64,000 bases of DNA from an uncultured delta proteobacterium. GTDB taxonomy: Bacteria > Desulfobacterota > Binatia > UBA9968. Location of the stretch: the NCBI GenBank assembly GCA_963803415.1, contig CAWDMI010000002.1:2723512-2787511 (forward strand). Reading direction: 5' to 3'. Under the pieces are notes generated by a model. That model had not been told where the DNA came from. It was given only the letters and a program-made list of their open reading frames with translations, and ran no database searches. The translations under genes were made by a program, and so were the position numbers. Positions 1 to 9,432 of the stretch are shown here, one piece after another (within the stretch, counting starts at the first letter, position 1; each line of letters starts with the position of its first letter).

Positions 1-321
1 AGTCTTCTCAGCGGCAAATTTACGGCCAAGGATCAAAGCAAATTTGACGGAGAAGACGTGCGCGCGCGCAACTTCCGCGGCGACCTATTTGCCAAGGAAT
101 TGGCAAAAGTCGAAAGCTTCCGGTTTCTGGAACGTCAGGGAAGAACTCTCGCACAAGCGGCGATTGCTTTTTGCCTGGCTTTCGATGCGGTTAGCGTCGT
201 GATTGCGGGGGCGCGCAACCCGCAGCAGATGCGCGCGAATGCAGCGGCTTCCGATAAACCTCTTTCTACCGACGAACTTGCGCAGGTCGATCGGATCTGG
301 CGTGGCGCGTTCAAATCTTAG
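1..321 (+). CDS. Aldo/keto reductase, C-terminal fragment. The gene starts upstream of the window.
   Basis: The frame is open from base 1. The translation ...LLSGKFTAKDQ...AIAFCLAFDAVSVVIAGARNPQQMRANA... is typical of an aldo/keto reductase (AKR) C-terminus. Confidence 0.65.
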   Translation, partial: SLLSGKFTAKDQSKFDGEDVRARNFRGDLFAKELAKVESFRFLERQGRTLAQAAIAFCLAFDAVSVVIAGARNPQQMRANAAASDKPLSTDELAQVDRIWRGAFKS

Positions 322-362
322 CCTTGTGTTCTCTGTTTCTTACGAGCGGCAATTTCATTTAA

Positions 363-397
363 CCCTCGCCCGCGAGCGGGAGAGGGAAGGGTGAGGG
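363..397. repeat. Palindromic dispersed repeat, copy A (ccctcgccc-gcgagc-gggagaggg-aa-gggtgaggg). It sits between convergent genes and is probably a bidirectional terminator hairpin.
   Basis: Read directly. It has the same architecture as copies at 2410, 2802 and 2933. Confidence 0.6.
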
Positions 398-434
398 TAA
401 GACTTTTTGGCTCCATGATTTAGTCCAGCCTTGT

Positions 435-1784
435 CTAAATGCGTAGCGCCTTCAGAAGCCTCAGTAGATACTTTTCGTGTAAGCCCAAGGCCCTCGCGGC
501 GGCGGCGCGGTTTCCCCGGGCGCTAGCGAGCGCCGCGAGGATCAGGTTTTTTCTATGCGATTCAATGCTTTCACGATAGGACAGAGCTTGAGTCCGGGAA
601 CCGGCCGGCGGCGCGACGATTCGAGGCGGGAGGTCCGACACCGCGAGTTCTGGCCCGTTGCCGAGGACCACGCCCCGTTCTATTACGTTGGCCAACTCGC
701 GGACGTTACCGGACCACTCATAAGCACAAAGTCTTTCCAAAGCCTCTTGCGTGATCGCACGAAAATTCTTCTTTGTTTCTTGCGCCGAGCGGTGGAGGAA
801 ATATTGCGCCAGCGCCGGGATGTCTTCTTTTCTTTCCCTCAATGGCGGCAAAATAATCGGAACCACATTTAGACGGTGATAGAGATCCTCGCGGAAGCGA
901 CCCTCTTTGACCGCAGCCTCTAAATCACGGTTCGTAGCGGCCACGATGCGCACTTCCACGCGAATCTGTTTCGTTCCTCCCACTCTGTCGAATTCGCGTT
1001 CTTGGAGAAATCTAAGTAGCTTTGTCTGAAGCTCGGGCGAAATATCGCCGACTTCGTCGAGAAAGACGCTCCCGCCATTGGCCAGCTCCATTTTGCCTTT
1101 TTTGAGCTGATCCGCGCCCGTGAAGGCTCCCTTTTCATGTCCAAAAAGCTCACTTTCCAACAGTTCCTTGGACAGTCCCACGCAGTTAATGGCAACGAAG
1201 GGCTGATCCTTCCTTTCACTCCAATTGTGAATAGCTCGGGCGAAAATTTCTTTTCCGGTGCCGCTTTCGCCGAGAAGCAAGACAGTGGCTTTGCTGGCTG
1301 CCGCTTTTTTTGCGGTCTCAATCGCCTCTCTCATTTTTTCGCTTTTCCCGACCACTAAGCGGTAGCGCTTGTCCGCTTCTTCGGAAAATAGCTCCAGTTC
1401 TCTTTTCAGTTCTTCCCGTTCCAGCGCCTTGCGCACCACGATCTCGAGGTGCTGGGGATCGAAAGGTTTGGGAATAAAATCGTAGGCTCCCTCATTCATC
1501 GCTTCGACTGCAGCTTCGATAGAGCCGTGCGCGGTAATTACAATGACAGGGATATCGACCTCTTCTTGCTTCAGCTTTCGCAGAAGGTCCATTCCACCCA
1601 TGCGTGGCATGTGGAGATCTAAGAGGACCAGAGCGGGCGTCTGCTGTTTAATTGCGGCCATGGCCTCATGCCCGTCGGCAGCCATCGTTACCTGGCACTC
1701 CAGGGCGCGGAGGCGCACGTCTAGAAGGCGCCGTGATGCGGCGTCATCATCAACTACTAATATTCTCGCTCCGCTTGTTTCCAT
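435..1784 (-). CDS. Sigma-54-dependent NtrC-family response regulator with REC, AAA+ and Fis-type HTH domains
   Basis: REC motif (ILVVDDD...LLDLHMP), Walker A GESGTGKE, GAFTGA motif, ESELFGHEKGAFTGA, C-terminal HTH. Confidence 0.9.
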   Translation of the reverse strand: METSGARILVVDDDAASRRLLDVRLRALECQVTMAADGHEAMAAIKQQTPALVLLDLHMPRMGGMDLLRKLKQEEVDIPVIVITAHGSIEAAVEAMNEGAYDFIPKPFDPQHLEIVVRKALEREELKRELELFSEEADKRYRLVVGKSEKMREAIETAKKAAASKATVLLLGESGTGKEIFARAIHNWSERKDQPFVAINCVGLSKELLESELFGHEKGAFTGADQLKKGKMELANGGSVFLDEVGDISPELQTKLLRFLQEREFDRVGGTKQIRVEVRIVAATNRDLEAAVKEGRFREDLYHRLNVVPIILPPLRERKEDIPALAQYFLHRSAQETKKNFRAITQEALERLCAYEWSGNVRELANVIERGVVLGNGPELAVSDLPPRIVAPPAGSRTQALSYRESIESHRKNLILAALASARGNRAAAARALGLHEKYLLRLLKALRI

Positions 1785-1850
1785 TTTTAATCTTCAGTCA
1801 TTATTTTAGGTGTACAATCTTTTCTATACGAGCACGAGCAACGAGCACGA

Positions 1851-2234
1851 TCACGAAATTTCCTCCCTGGCAACGCGCAAGGCGACCTCTTGGATGAACG
1901 TGTCCTTGTCAATGGGCTTTGTGATATAGCCAGCACAGCCAGCAGCCAAGGCTTTCTCCCGATCCCCCTTCATCGCGTATGAGGTTACGGCTACAACCGG
2001 GATGTTGGCCGTCGCCGGCTGCGCTTTGATTTTCTTGACCGCCTCAAGTCCATCCATTCCGGGGAGCTGGATGTCCATCACGATCAGATCGGGCCGCTCT
2101 GTCTTCAGGACGTCAAAGGCCTCTTGCGCCGTAGTGGCCTCGCGAACCTCGTAACCCTGCGAGCGGAGCAGGAACAGCGCCAGACGCCGATTCACCGGAT
2201 TATCCTCAACCAGCAGTATCTTCTTTCCGTTCAT
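1851..2234 (-). CDS. Single-domain CheY-like response regulator (REC)
   Basis: KILLVEDNPVNRRL...DLIVMDIQLPGMDG...KPI motifs. Confidence 0.85.
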   Translation of the reverse strand: MNGKKILLVEDNPVNRRLALFLLRSQGYEVREATTAQEAFDVLKTERPDLIVMDIQLPGMDGLEAVKKIKAQPATANIPVVAVTSYAMKGDREKALAAGCAGYITKPIDKDTFIQEVALRVAREEIS

Positions 2235-2403
2235 ACAATTTTGAATTTTAGATTGGACGCAAAACCCAACAGTATCTTCACCTGGGGGTTCCTATGGTGC
2301 CACTTATTGCGCCAATCTCTTGGTTTCCTTGTAGCAAAATCGATCACTCCCCCATTCGATTTGAGCTATGTGCGCTCGATCATTCTCGCCTTTCCCTAGC
2401 TTC

Positions 2404-2808
2404 TTAGGACCCTCTCCCTACGGGAGAGGGAACGGGTGAGGGTTTTGTGTCACGTAACGCCTGCGCAATTTGTTCCAGGACTGCGTCAATATCTTCGAAT
2501 ACCTCGTTATCCCAAAAGCGTAAGACACGATAGCCGCAACGTTTCAGAAAATCAGACCTTCTTTGATCCGCTTCAGTTTGGGTGGCGTGCTGGCCCCCAT
2601 CGAGCTCTACCACCAGGGCGTGTTCCAGGCAGAAGAAATCGACAATGTAACGGCCGATAGGATGCTGGCGGCGGAACTTAGCACCGCAAAGCTGCCGTGC
2701 ACGGATCCGCATCCAAATCCTGCGTTCCGCTTCTGTCTGATTACGGCGCAGTGTGCGGGCCCGTTGCCACAGGATTGAAGCGCTTGGTGCCATGTTGTTC
2801 GCCCTCAC
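2404..2808 (-). CDS. DUF559 / Vsr-like endonuclease domain protein
   Basis: The length and the ...YIVDFFC...LVVELDGGQH...RRSDFLKRCGYRVLRFWDNEV motif match the DUF559 restriction-endonuclease-like fold. The C-terminus reads into repeat copy B. Confidence 0.7.
   Translation of the reverse strand: MRANNMAPSASILWQRARTLRRNQTEAERRIWMRIRARQLCGAKFRRQHPIGRYIVDFFCLEHALVVELDGGQHATQTEADQRRSDFLKRCGYRVLRFWDNEVFEDIDAVLEQIAQALRDTKPSPVPSPVGRGS
2410..2442. repeat. Palindromic dispersed repeat, copy B (ccctctccc-tacg-ggagaggg-aac-gggtgagg)
   Basis: Read directly. It overlaps the 3' end of the DUF559 gene. Confidence 0.6.
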
Positions 2809-2834
2809 CCTGACCCTCTCCCAGAGGGAGAGGG
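2802..2834. repeat. Palindromic dispersed repeat, copy C, in inverted orientation (ccctcaccc-tga-ccctctccc-agag-ggagaggg)
   Basis: Read directly. It sits at the 5' end of DUF559 and is inverted relative to copy B. Confidence 0.6.
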
Positions 2835-2877
2835 AATACGGTTAATGAACAAAAAATACCTAATCCAAAAAAGTTCC

Positions 2878-2916
<39 letters not shown>

Positions 2917-2928
2917 CCCCCCCTGTCT

Positions 2929-5373
2929 CTAACCCTCTCCCTGAGAGCGAGGGAAAGGGTGAGGTTCTACCGGTAATGTGAAGAAGAATCGGCTTCCCTT
3001 GCCGAGTTCGCTTTCAACCCAAATCTTACCGCCATGCATCTCGACAAATTTTCTCGCTAGAGCAAGTCCCAGCCCGGTGCCTTCAGGGTTTCCAGATCCG
3101 CTACTGGCCTGCTGGAATTCGAGGAATATTCGCTCATGGTCTTCTGCGGCGATACCTGGGCCGGTATCGCCTACCTCGACGCAGACAAACACGTCATCGC
3201 GGAATGTTCTTAGCCAGATTTGTCCCTCCCGTGAGGTGAATTTCACCGCGTTGCCCATCAGGTTGAGAAGCACTTGTTTCACACGCGCGGTATCTAGGCG
3301 GAGTGCAATGTTGCTGCTGTCTTCCACGTCAAGGGCAATACCCTTCGCCGCCGCGAGAGGCCGGATTGTAGCACAAGCTGCATCGAGAATGCCTTGCAGG
3401 GATGTCAGTTCTGTTTGCAGTTCCATCCTGCCGGCTTCGATTTTGGATAAGTCGAGGGCCTCGTTGATGAGGTTGAGCAGATGTTTCCCCTGTTAAAGAT
3501 GTCCGTAAGGAATTGCACCTGTTCATCGTCACTGACCTGCATTGCGGGGTCGAGCAGGACCTGCGAAAAGCCGATGATTGCGTTGAGCGGCGTGCGAAGC
3601 TCGTGGGACATGTTGGCGAGAAACGCGGACTTATGACGGTTGGCAGTCTCAAGCTGTTGGCTTTTGGCCTCAATCTCACGGAAGAGCCTTGCGTTCTGCA
3701 TCGCCAAGACAGACTGTGTCGCGAAGGTCTGGAGCAAATTCACGACTTCGGTGGGAAAGCCGCCCAGTTCCCGCCGCCAAACGACCAAACCTCCTACAAT
3801 CTGGTCTTCGAACAGGGGGGAGCGCTAGGACAGATCTATAGCCAGAGCGGGCCAGGATGGGACGCACTCGAGCAAGGACGACTGCCTGCTCATTTAGAAT
3901 ATCGGGCACTTGTACCGGCACGCGCGCGAGCGCGGCTTGCCCCAAAGCTCCCTCACCCAGATGAATCGGCACTCCCTGAAGCGCGTCACTCAACTCAACT
4001 TCCATTCCATGCGTGGCCCTGAGATGAAACTCCTCGGCTAGGTTGTCGTATTCATAGACCACTCCGCCGCTAGTTCGAGAAAGCTGAACCGCTCGCGTTA
4101 CAATGGTTGTGAGCACTGTCTCCAGATCGAGCGTGGAGCTTACCGCTTGTCCTATTTCACCCAGTGCCGTCAGTTGCTCCACGGAGCGCGACAGTTCTTG
4201 GGTGCGGGCCTGCAGCTCTTGGAAGAGACGAACATTCTCAATCGCGATCACCGCTTGATCGGCGAATGTGGTCACAAGCTCGATCTGTTTATTGGAGAAC
4301 GGCCTGGCTTCTTCAGTTCTGCGAATCAGGATGACTCCCACGAGGGCACCCTCCCTGAGCATGGGGACTCCCAGGGTCGTGCGGCCCCTCCCCATGCTCA
4401 CCGCCTCAGGAAATTCGTATTCCGGGTCAGCCATGATGTCCGGGATGTGAACCACCTGGCGCTCAACGGCCACTCGTCCTACCGTGGTCCCTCGCCCCGG
4501 CCGAATTGGGTTTCGCTCAAGAAAATCCCTGAATTTCTGTGGCACATTGTAGGCGACCGCCGGCCGCAGCAGCTCGCCGTCTGTCCTGAAGATAAATCCC
4601 GAATTCGCGCCGCACAGTCTCGTCGCGTTTTCAATCAGTGTTTCCAAAACCGGCTGGAGATCGAACGTCGAGCGGCTGATGACTTTCAATACCTCGCTGG
4701 TTGCAGTTTGCTGCTCCAAGGCTTCAGTGAGGTCCTGATTTCTGGCTTGCAGTTCCCGAAACAGGCGCACGTTCTCGATGGCGATGACGGCCTGATCGGC
4801 GAAAGTCTTAAGAAGCACGATCTGTTTTTCCGAGAATGGACGAACCTCTGTGCGGCGGATCAAAATGGCTCCGACGGGGACACCCTCGCGCAGCAATGGG
4901 GTAGCAAGGGTGGTCCGATCGCCCATTTGCCTGTGATAGGCCTTGCTCAGCGGGAACTCCTCTTCCGACTCGACAGCCAGGTCAGGAATGTGAATCGTCC
5001 GCCGCTCAATTACGGCCCGGCCGCTTGTAGAGCCACGAGTGATAGGATTCGGTACTGCCGGGACAGGCCCATATATCGCCACTGGCTGAAGAATGTCACC
5101 ATCAATACGAAAAACTACCGCGTCGCGTGCATCGCATAGGCGTGCGGCATTCTCGGCAACCACGTCAAGAACGGGCTGAATGTTTGTCGGAAAACTGGCA
5201 ATCGCCCGCAGAATCTCGCTGGTCGCCGTCTGCTGTTCCAGGACTTGAGCGAGCTCCCGCTCAGTGGATTTGAGCTGCTCGGAGACGCGTTTAAGGTCTT
5301 TCTTAAGTTGACGCAGCTCGGTAAGGCCGGGAGTGTTCGTCTTCGGGTCTTTTTTTATTCTAGGCCTCCCCAT
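2929..5373 (-). pseudogene. Cytoplasmic multi-GAF sensor histidine kinase (coiled-coil, at least 3 GAF domains, HisKA, HATPase_c). It is split into three ORFs by two 1-bp frameshifts in G/C homopolymers, near 3487-3490 and 3820-3825.
   Basis: The ORFs 3676..5373, 3405..3788 and 2929..3426 join into one kinase once the frame is corrected. Repeated GAF linkers ([10 protein letters not shown]) are present, the H-box is SHELRTPLN, and N/G boxes occur in the C-terminal ORF. Corrected reads are [22 protein letters not shown] and [27 protein letters not shown]. Confidence 0.6.
2933..2964. repeat. Palindromic dispersed repeat, copy D (ccctctccc-tgagagc-gagggaaa-gggtgagg)
   Basis: Read directly. It overlaps the 3' end of the histidine-kinase gene. 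Confidence 0.6.
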
Positions 5374-5602
5374 CTGAGATCCTCTACGTTTTTGTTAGAG
5401 AAACGTTTAGTCCGCTTAGCTACACTAAAAAGCCGGCGTCACGATAGGGAGCAGATTGCTCTGGGTCGAAAGCCTACTTGATCGTGAACTTCGGTGTCAA
5501 CATGGGCTTGGCTCGAACAGACTCTTAAAAAATCTCCGTTCCTTAAGCCACTCTCTGTCCTGCCAGCATCGCCGGCCGGGCAGGGAGGGTTTTCATGGTC
5601 TC

Positions 5603-6109
5603 TCATCGCGCGTCACTCGGGCAACGAAGAGTGCGAGGTTGGATCAAGAGCACGGGAGAAAACCTGGCTCGCCTGAAAAATCCGAAGACGGAGTTTGTTC
5701 CATGGAGGAAGCTTGTAAAAATCCACTGCCCGATTCCTGCGCGCGTCATGACCAAATTTTCGCCGCCTTCCGGCACGTGGCTCTTTATTGCCTTTTTTAG
5801 GCTGCCCGCGTAAAGATTGACCGCCACTTCGGCGCCTTTACGCTGCAAAGTTTCACGAGCTGGCGAGACTTTCCATTCAGCTCGCTTCTGATTTTCTTCC
5901 CAAGAGTAATACTTTCCCAGTCTCCGCGTTTCCGCCAAGGCAGCCGCTCTACCAAACACCTCGTTCGACCGAATAGAGATAATCCCATCCACTGGATAGC
6001 GCACGAGGAAGGTCACCTTCGTCCCGGGTTGGGCGACTCTTTCCAGGCAGGGAAGAATGTCCTCAACCCGATCGTACGATTTAACGTTAACCAAAATTTC
6101 TTTACTCAT
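5603..6109 (-). CDS. Universal-stress-protein-like (USP/adenine nucleotide alpha-hydrolase fold) protein, paralog 1
   Basis: MSKEILVNV...VTFLVRYPV...GSLKKAIKSH..ENLVMTRAGIGQW...FSPVLLIQP follows the USP pattern. It is homologous to the ORFs at 8126 and 8912. Start chosen at MSKEI, which has an RBS. Confidence 0.55.
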   Translation of the reverse strand: MSKEILVNVKSYDRVEDILPCLERVAQPGTKVTFLVRYPVDGIISIRSNEVFGRAAALAETRRLGKYYSWEENQKRAEWKVSPARETLQRKGAEVAVNLYAGSLKKAIKSHVPEGGENLVMTRAGIGQWIFTSFLHGTNSVFGFFRRARFSPVLLIQPRTLRCPSDAR

Positions 6110-6149
6110 GGCCTTTTCCTCCTTTTTCGTTGTTTTGAATCCAGAAGGG

Positions 6150-6165
6150 AGCAACGAACGTGCCA
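6150..6165 (-). promoter_or_regulatory. Sigma-54 -24/-12 promoter TGGCACGTTCGTTGCT upstream of USP-like paralog 1
   Basis: Minus-strand reading gives TGGCACG-N4-TTGCT, i.e. GG-N10-GC. It lies about 45 nt upstream of the ATG. Confidence 0.7.
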
Positions 6166-6293
6166 GGGGAACTCACTGAGCGAATGAATGAAATCCATTC
6201 AATTATCGAGAGGAATTCCATTCGGCGAGGAATAAGAAATCTCTAAAGGGTAACCTTTAGATTACCCCGCGGTGTCAGAGGGTAATAAAAAAG

Positions 6294-6821
6294 TTACTTC
6301 GGTTGCAGGGCGCGGCGCAGATACGCGCGCGCGACCGTGACCGGATGACTGAGGGCGGTGAAGACGCGCCCCAACCCTCGCATGGGCTCGCGAAAGAGGC
6401 CGAGCTGGCCTAGCACCCCTCCGCGGTCATAATAGATCCGCTCGCCTGCCAACCGATCCTCCGCGTCGAAAGTGTAGACCGCGCAAAGTGGGAACTCCAT
6501 CCGTCGGCCCGTCGCTGGCAAGCCGCGCCATGGTCCGAGGTGCGTACCCCTTATGGTGACCTCAAGCACAAGGCTGTCGAATACCGCGTGGCGGTGTCTC
6601 ACCTCAATTGACAGATCGGGCAGCGCACGCATGAGCTCAGTATAATACGAACGCACGGCGGCGCGGCCAGTTCGGTGATCCGTCCATGGCTCGTCATCGT
6701 ACCGCGCGTCCATGCCGAACGTCGCCATCACCGCGTCCAGGTCGTGTCGGTTCTCGCACTGAATGTGCTCGTCCACGACCGCCATGCGTGCCTGCCCGCG
6801 CTCCACGTCGAGTAGTGACAT
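6294..6821 (-). CDS. SnoaL-like / NTF2-fold ester cyclase family protein
   Basis: Length and motif pattern (VVDEHIQCENRHDLDAVMATF....YTELMRALPD) match the family. Confidence 0.55.
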   Translation of the reverse strand: MSLLDVERGQARMAVVDEHIQCENRHDLDAVMATFGMDARYDDEPWTDHRTGRAAVRSYYTELMRALPDLSIEVRHRHAVFDSLVLEVTIRGTHLGPWRGLPATGRRMEFPLCAVYTFDAEDRLAGERIYYDRGGVLGQLGLFREPMRGLGRVFTALSHPVTVARAYLRRALQPK

Positions 6822-6990
6822 GCTGTACCTCCTCGCGACGCACTCAAGCCAAGCCCGGCGTCGCCATGGGGCGTGTCCACGTCGGCCTAACGCGGCGATG
6901 ACCTGTGCGAACGAGCGCGTGAGGCGGCCTTGAAAAGCGCGGTGTCCACAACCCGGTGCGCGTCAAGAGGTTTTTACTGGCCAGTCTACC

Positions 6991-7401
6991 CTAACTGATC
7001 CGTTGTTTAGCGAACTGCTTTACGGGCCGTAGATCCATAACCCAGTCCCGTGCAGAGCGGCACCACCCTTGTGTTTTCGGCCTTAGCTCGGCTCGTTGGC
7101 GCACCGTGCCGACGCGGATGTTGAAAATCTGTGGATCGTTTGCCGCTGCCGCATAGATCGGTGTGCCGCACTCGGGACAGAACGCTTGGGCACGCTTAGC
7201 GCCACTCTCGGCAGTTTTGACGTAAATCTTTGGTTGTCCGGTGAGTAACGTAAAAGCGTCCCTTGCTGCCGGAACACTGACGCGAAAGGCGGTACCGGAA
7301 AGCGTTTGGCAATCCGTGCAATGGCATATTCCGACCTTGTCGGGGTCAATTTCCGCGGCGTAGCTAATATTGCCGCAATGGCATCCGCCGTCGATCTTCA
7401 T
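6991..7401 (-). CDS. GFA family protein (CENP-V/glutathione-dependent formaldehyde-activating domain)
   Basis: GGCHCG....CHCTDCQ...CPECG zinc-binding cysteine pattern. Confidence 0.8.
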   Translation of the reverse strand: MKIDGGCHCGNISYAAEIDPDKVGICHCTDCQTLSGTAFRVSVPAARDAFTLLTGQPKIYVKTAESGAKRAQAFCPECGTPIYAAAANDPQIFNIRVGTVRQRAELRPKTQGWCRSARDWVMDLRPVKQFAKQRIS

Positions 7402-7631
7402 AACAGCTCCTCCATCGTTTAGTCACGGACACGCCTAACCGCCTCGGGCTGAGCGCGCACAAGTTGCGGCAGCATCCAGTGTGAGGTTCACGCGGTCGCC
7501 CAAGGGTGGTTCTCTATTGGTGGCTGAGGCCGTCGTGGTTCCTTTCGACGTGCTGCTGCACTTGACGCAGGGCGGTCGTTTGATCCAGGTCCGGCGAGCC
7601 AACGAAAGACCGATGCCTGGGCTTTTTTCTT

Positions 7632-7979
7632 TTACCGTCTTGGGGTTGCTCGTGGCAGTGGACCGACGAATTGTGGCCGCGAGCGGATCCACGGTTGCGG
7701 CCTGATCGGCGTTGACCATTGCGGGATAGGAACACCCCATGCGTAGCAGCACGGTTGGTATATTTGATAGGGCTGGTATTGCTGTAAATAGAGCCGGTAA
7801 TGCATCACATGGAGCTCGTAGTATGGATCGTTCTCTTGCAGATACTGCAAATACTGCTGGTACTGAACTTCGTCCCAAGATGGATCGTAGTAGGGGCCGT
7901 ATCCCTGTGCCTGTACCCCGTGAGCGCCTAAGACGAGCAAAGCCAGCAAACTGAACGCCAAAAGAGACGTTTTCATTGG
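7632..7979 (-). CDS. Small secreted Tyr/Gln/Pro-rich protein of unknown function
   Basis: Signal peptide MKTSLLAFSLLALLVLGAHGVQA. The mature part is 33% Y+Q, with YLQYLQ/YQPYQIYQ repeats and a CC pair. Confidence 0.45.
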   Translation of the reverse strand, partial: PMKTSLLAFSLLALLVLGAHGVQAQGYGPYYDPSWDEVQYQQYLQYLQENDPYYELHVMHYRLYLQQYQPYQIYQPCCYAWGVPIPQWSTPIRPQPWIRSRPQFVGPLPRATPRR

Positions 7980-8125
7980 ACTGCCCTCCCTTGATAGTTT
8001 AGACGCATCCCGGCCATGAAAGAAAGACGGCAACCGTATGCCGTCAAGCTAAGGAAGAGGCGTATATCGGCCGTTACCAGCGTACACGCGAAGACCGGAT
8101 CCCCTTCCCACGGTCCGTCACCTAA

Positions 8126-8602
8126 TCAACGGAGGGCGCCAGGGTGGATCAAGAGGACGGGTGAAAAACCCGCGCGGCTAAACAATTTGACGGCGGAATT
8201 TGTGCCGTTAAAGAAACTCTTAACCCACTGCCAAATTCCCGCACGGGCCATGATCAAGTGGACGTCGCCTTCCGGCGCGTGATTCGAAATGGCCTTCCTC
8301 AGACTGCCGTTGTAGAGCTCCACGGCCACTTCGGCGCCCTTGCGTTGCAAAACTTCAAAGGCAGGAGATACTTTTTTCTGCGCCCTCAGCAGGTTTTCTT
8401 CCCACGAGTAGTGGTCGGTTAGTCTCTTCTGCTCCGATGAACTCTCCCTACGGATCCCTTCCCGTGGCCAGATGAAACCAGCCACCGGATAGCGGAAAAG
8501 AAAGACGACCTGCATTCCGGGTTGAACTAGCTTCTCGATGTATGGGATCACCTCCTCTGTGTGATCATTTCGCCCAAGTGCAACCAATATTATCTTGCTC
8601 AT
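8126..8602 (-). CDS. USP-like protein, paralog 2
   Basis: MSKIILVALG...VVFLFRYPV...GSLRKAISNH..DVHLIMARAGIWQW...FSPVLLIHP, homologous to the ORFs at 5603 and 8912. An RBS aggaggg precedes the ATG. Confidence 0.55.
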   Translation of the reverse strand: MSKIILVALGRNDHTEEVIPYIEKLVQPGMQVVFLFRYPVAGFIWPREGIRRESSSEQKRLTDHYSWEENLLRAQKKVSPAFEVLQRKGAEVAVELYNGSLRKAISNHAPEGDVHLIMARAGIWQWVKSFFNGTNSAVKLFSRAGFSPVLLIHPGALR

Positions 8603-8631
8603 GGTCTCTCCCTCCTTCTTTGGTCTTATCA

Positions 8632-8647
8632 AGCAATTAGTGCGCCA
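8632..8647 (-). promoter_or_regulatory. Sigma-54 -24/-12 promoter TGGCGCACTAATTGCT upstream of USP-like paralog 2
   Basis: GG-N10-GC with a TTGCT -12 box, about 25 nt upstream of the ATG. Confidence 0.7.
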
Positions 8648-8840
8648 GTGCAGAATAAGTTGCCGACATCCTCTAAGTCCGCCGAAAAATTAGAGAAAAT
8701 TCTTTCCCTTCTTCGGTGGGGTCTCAAACGGAAGTAACCTTTCTCATACTCTGAGGAAAACAAAAGGATACTCACAAAGGAAGACAAAATGCTGTGGATC
8801 GGTCGCTTTGCACCTGACGCGGACGGCAAATCTCTGGAGC

Positions 8841-8890
8841 CAAAAAGCCAGAACCGAACCCGCCATTCAGACAGTTCGGTTCTGGTTTCG
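8841..8890 (-). terminator. Intrinsic terminator: 12-bp perfect stem (ccagaaccgaac/gttcggttctgg), 14-nt loop, CTTTTTG tail on the minus strand, plus a T-rich tail on the plus strand
   Basis: The inverted repeat and flanking T-runs were read directly, immediately 3' of USP-like paralog 3. Confidence 0.6.
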
Positions 8891-8911
8891 TACTTATTTT
8901 GAGATAGTTGC

Positions 8912-9385
8912 CTAAGACTGAGTCCCGACGAACACAGGCGGTCGCTTGAACGGGATCCAGGAGGCAACCGTTTGATGGAGAAGCTCTATCGCTCGCGTTG
9001 CAATCCGAGGACGCATAATGATGAGGTCAACGTCTCCTCCAGGCACGAAGCTCTTCAGGGCTTCTCTGAGACTGCCGGTATAAGCCTCCACAGCTATTTT
9101 TAATCCCAGCTCATGCAAGGCTTCACATGCATGAAATACTCGCCGCTGAGCTAATTGGCTACGTGTCTCTGTCGAATAACTCTCTACCATTCTTCTTATT
9201 GCGGCAGTCTTTTCCAGTCCGCACTGCATGATAGCGGAGTAGGCCTGCAGCCATTTGAAACCATTCACCGGCTGATGAACGAGAAAGACGACGTGCGTAC
9301 TCGGCTCCGCGAACGCCTTTAGGTAAGGGATGATCTTCTCGATTTGCTCGTGTTTTCTCAGCGGAACCAAAATTTTCTTTGCCAT
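8912..9385 (-). CDS. USP-like protein, paralog 3
   Basis: MAKKILVPL...VVFLVHQPV...GSLREALKSF..DVDLIIM, homologous to the ORFs at 5603 and 8126. An RBS aggagg precedes the ATG. Confidence 0.55.
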   Translation of the reverse strand: MAKKILVPLRKHEQIEKIIPYLKAFAEPSTHVVFLVHQPVNGFKWLQAYSAIMQCGLEKTAAIRRMVESYSTETRSQLAQRRVFHACEALHELGLKIAVEAYTGSLREALKSFVPGGDVDLIIMRPRIATRAIELLHQTVASWIPFKRPPVFVGTQS

Positions 9386-9416
9386 TGTCTTGTCCTCCTT
9401 TCGATGAAGTTAAATG

Positions 9417-9432
9417 AGCAAGGGCCGTGCCA
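9417..9432 (-). promoter_or_regulatory. Sigma-54 -24/-12 promoter TGGCACGGCCCTTGCT upstream of USP-like paralog 3
   Basis: GG-N10-GC with a TTGCT -12 box, about 30 nt upstream of the ATG. Confidence 0.7.

Noticed and set aside
4147-5139. 330-aa plus-strand ORF inside the kinase region
   Set aside because: It is antisense to the GAF domains, which have unmistakable motif structure on the minus strand.
7435-7878. 147-aa minus-strand ORF overlapping the small secreted protein gene
   Set aside because: It has no signal peptide, RBS or motifs. The alternative frame encodes a clean signal peptide, so this one is treated as a compositional ORF.
8629-8967. 112-aa minus-strand ORF spanning the promoter and terminator region between USP paralogs 2 and 3
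   Set aside because: It overlaps a clear intrinsic terminator and a sigma-54 promoter, and it has no RBS or motif.
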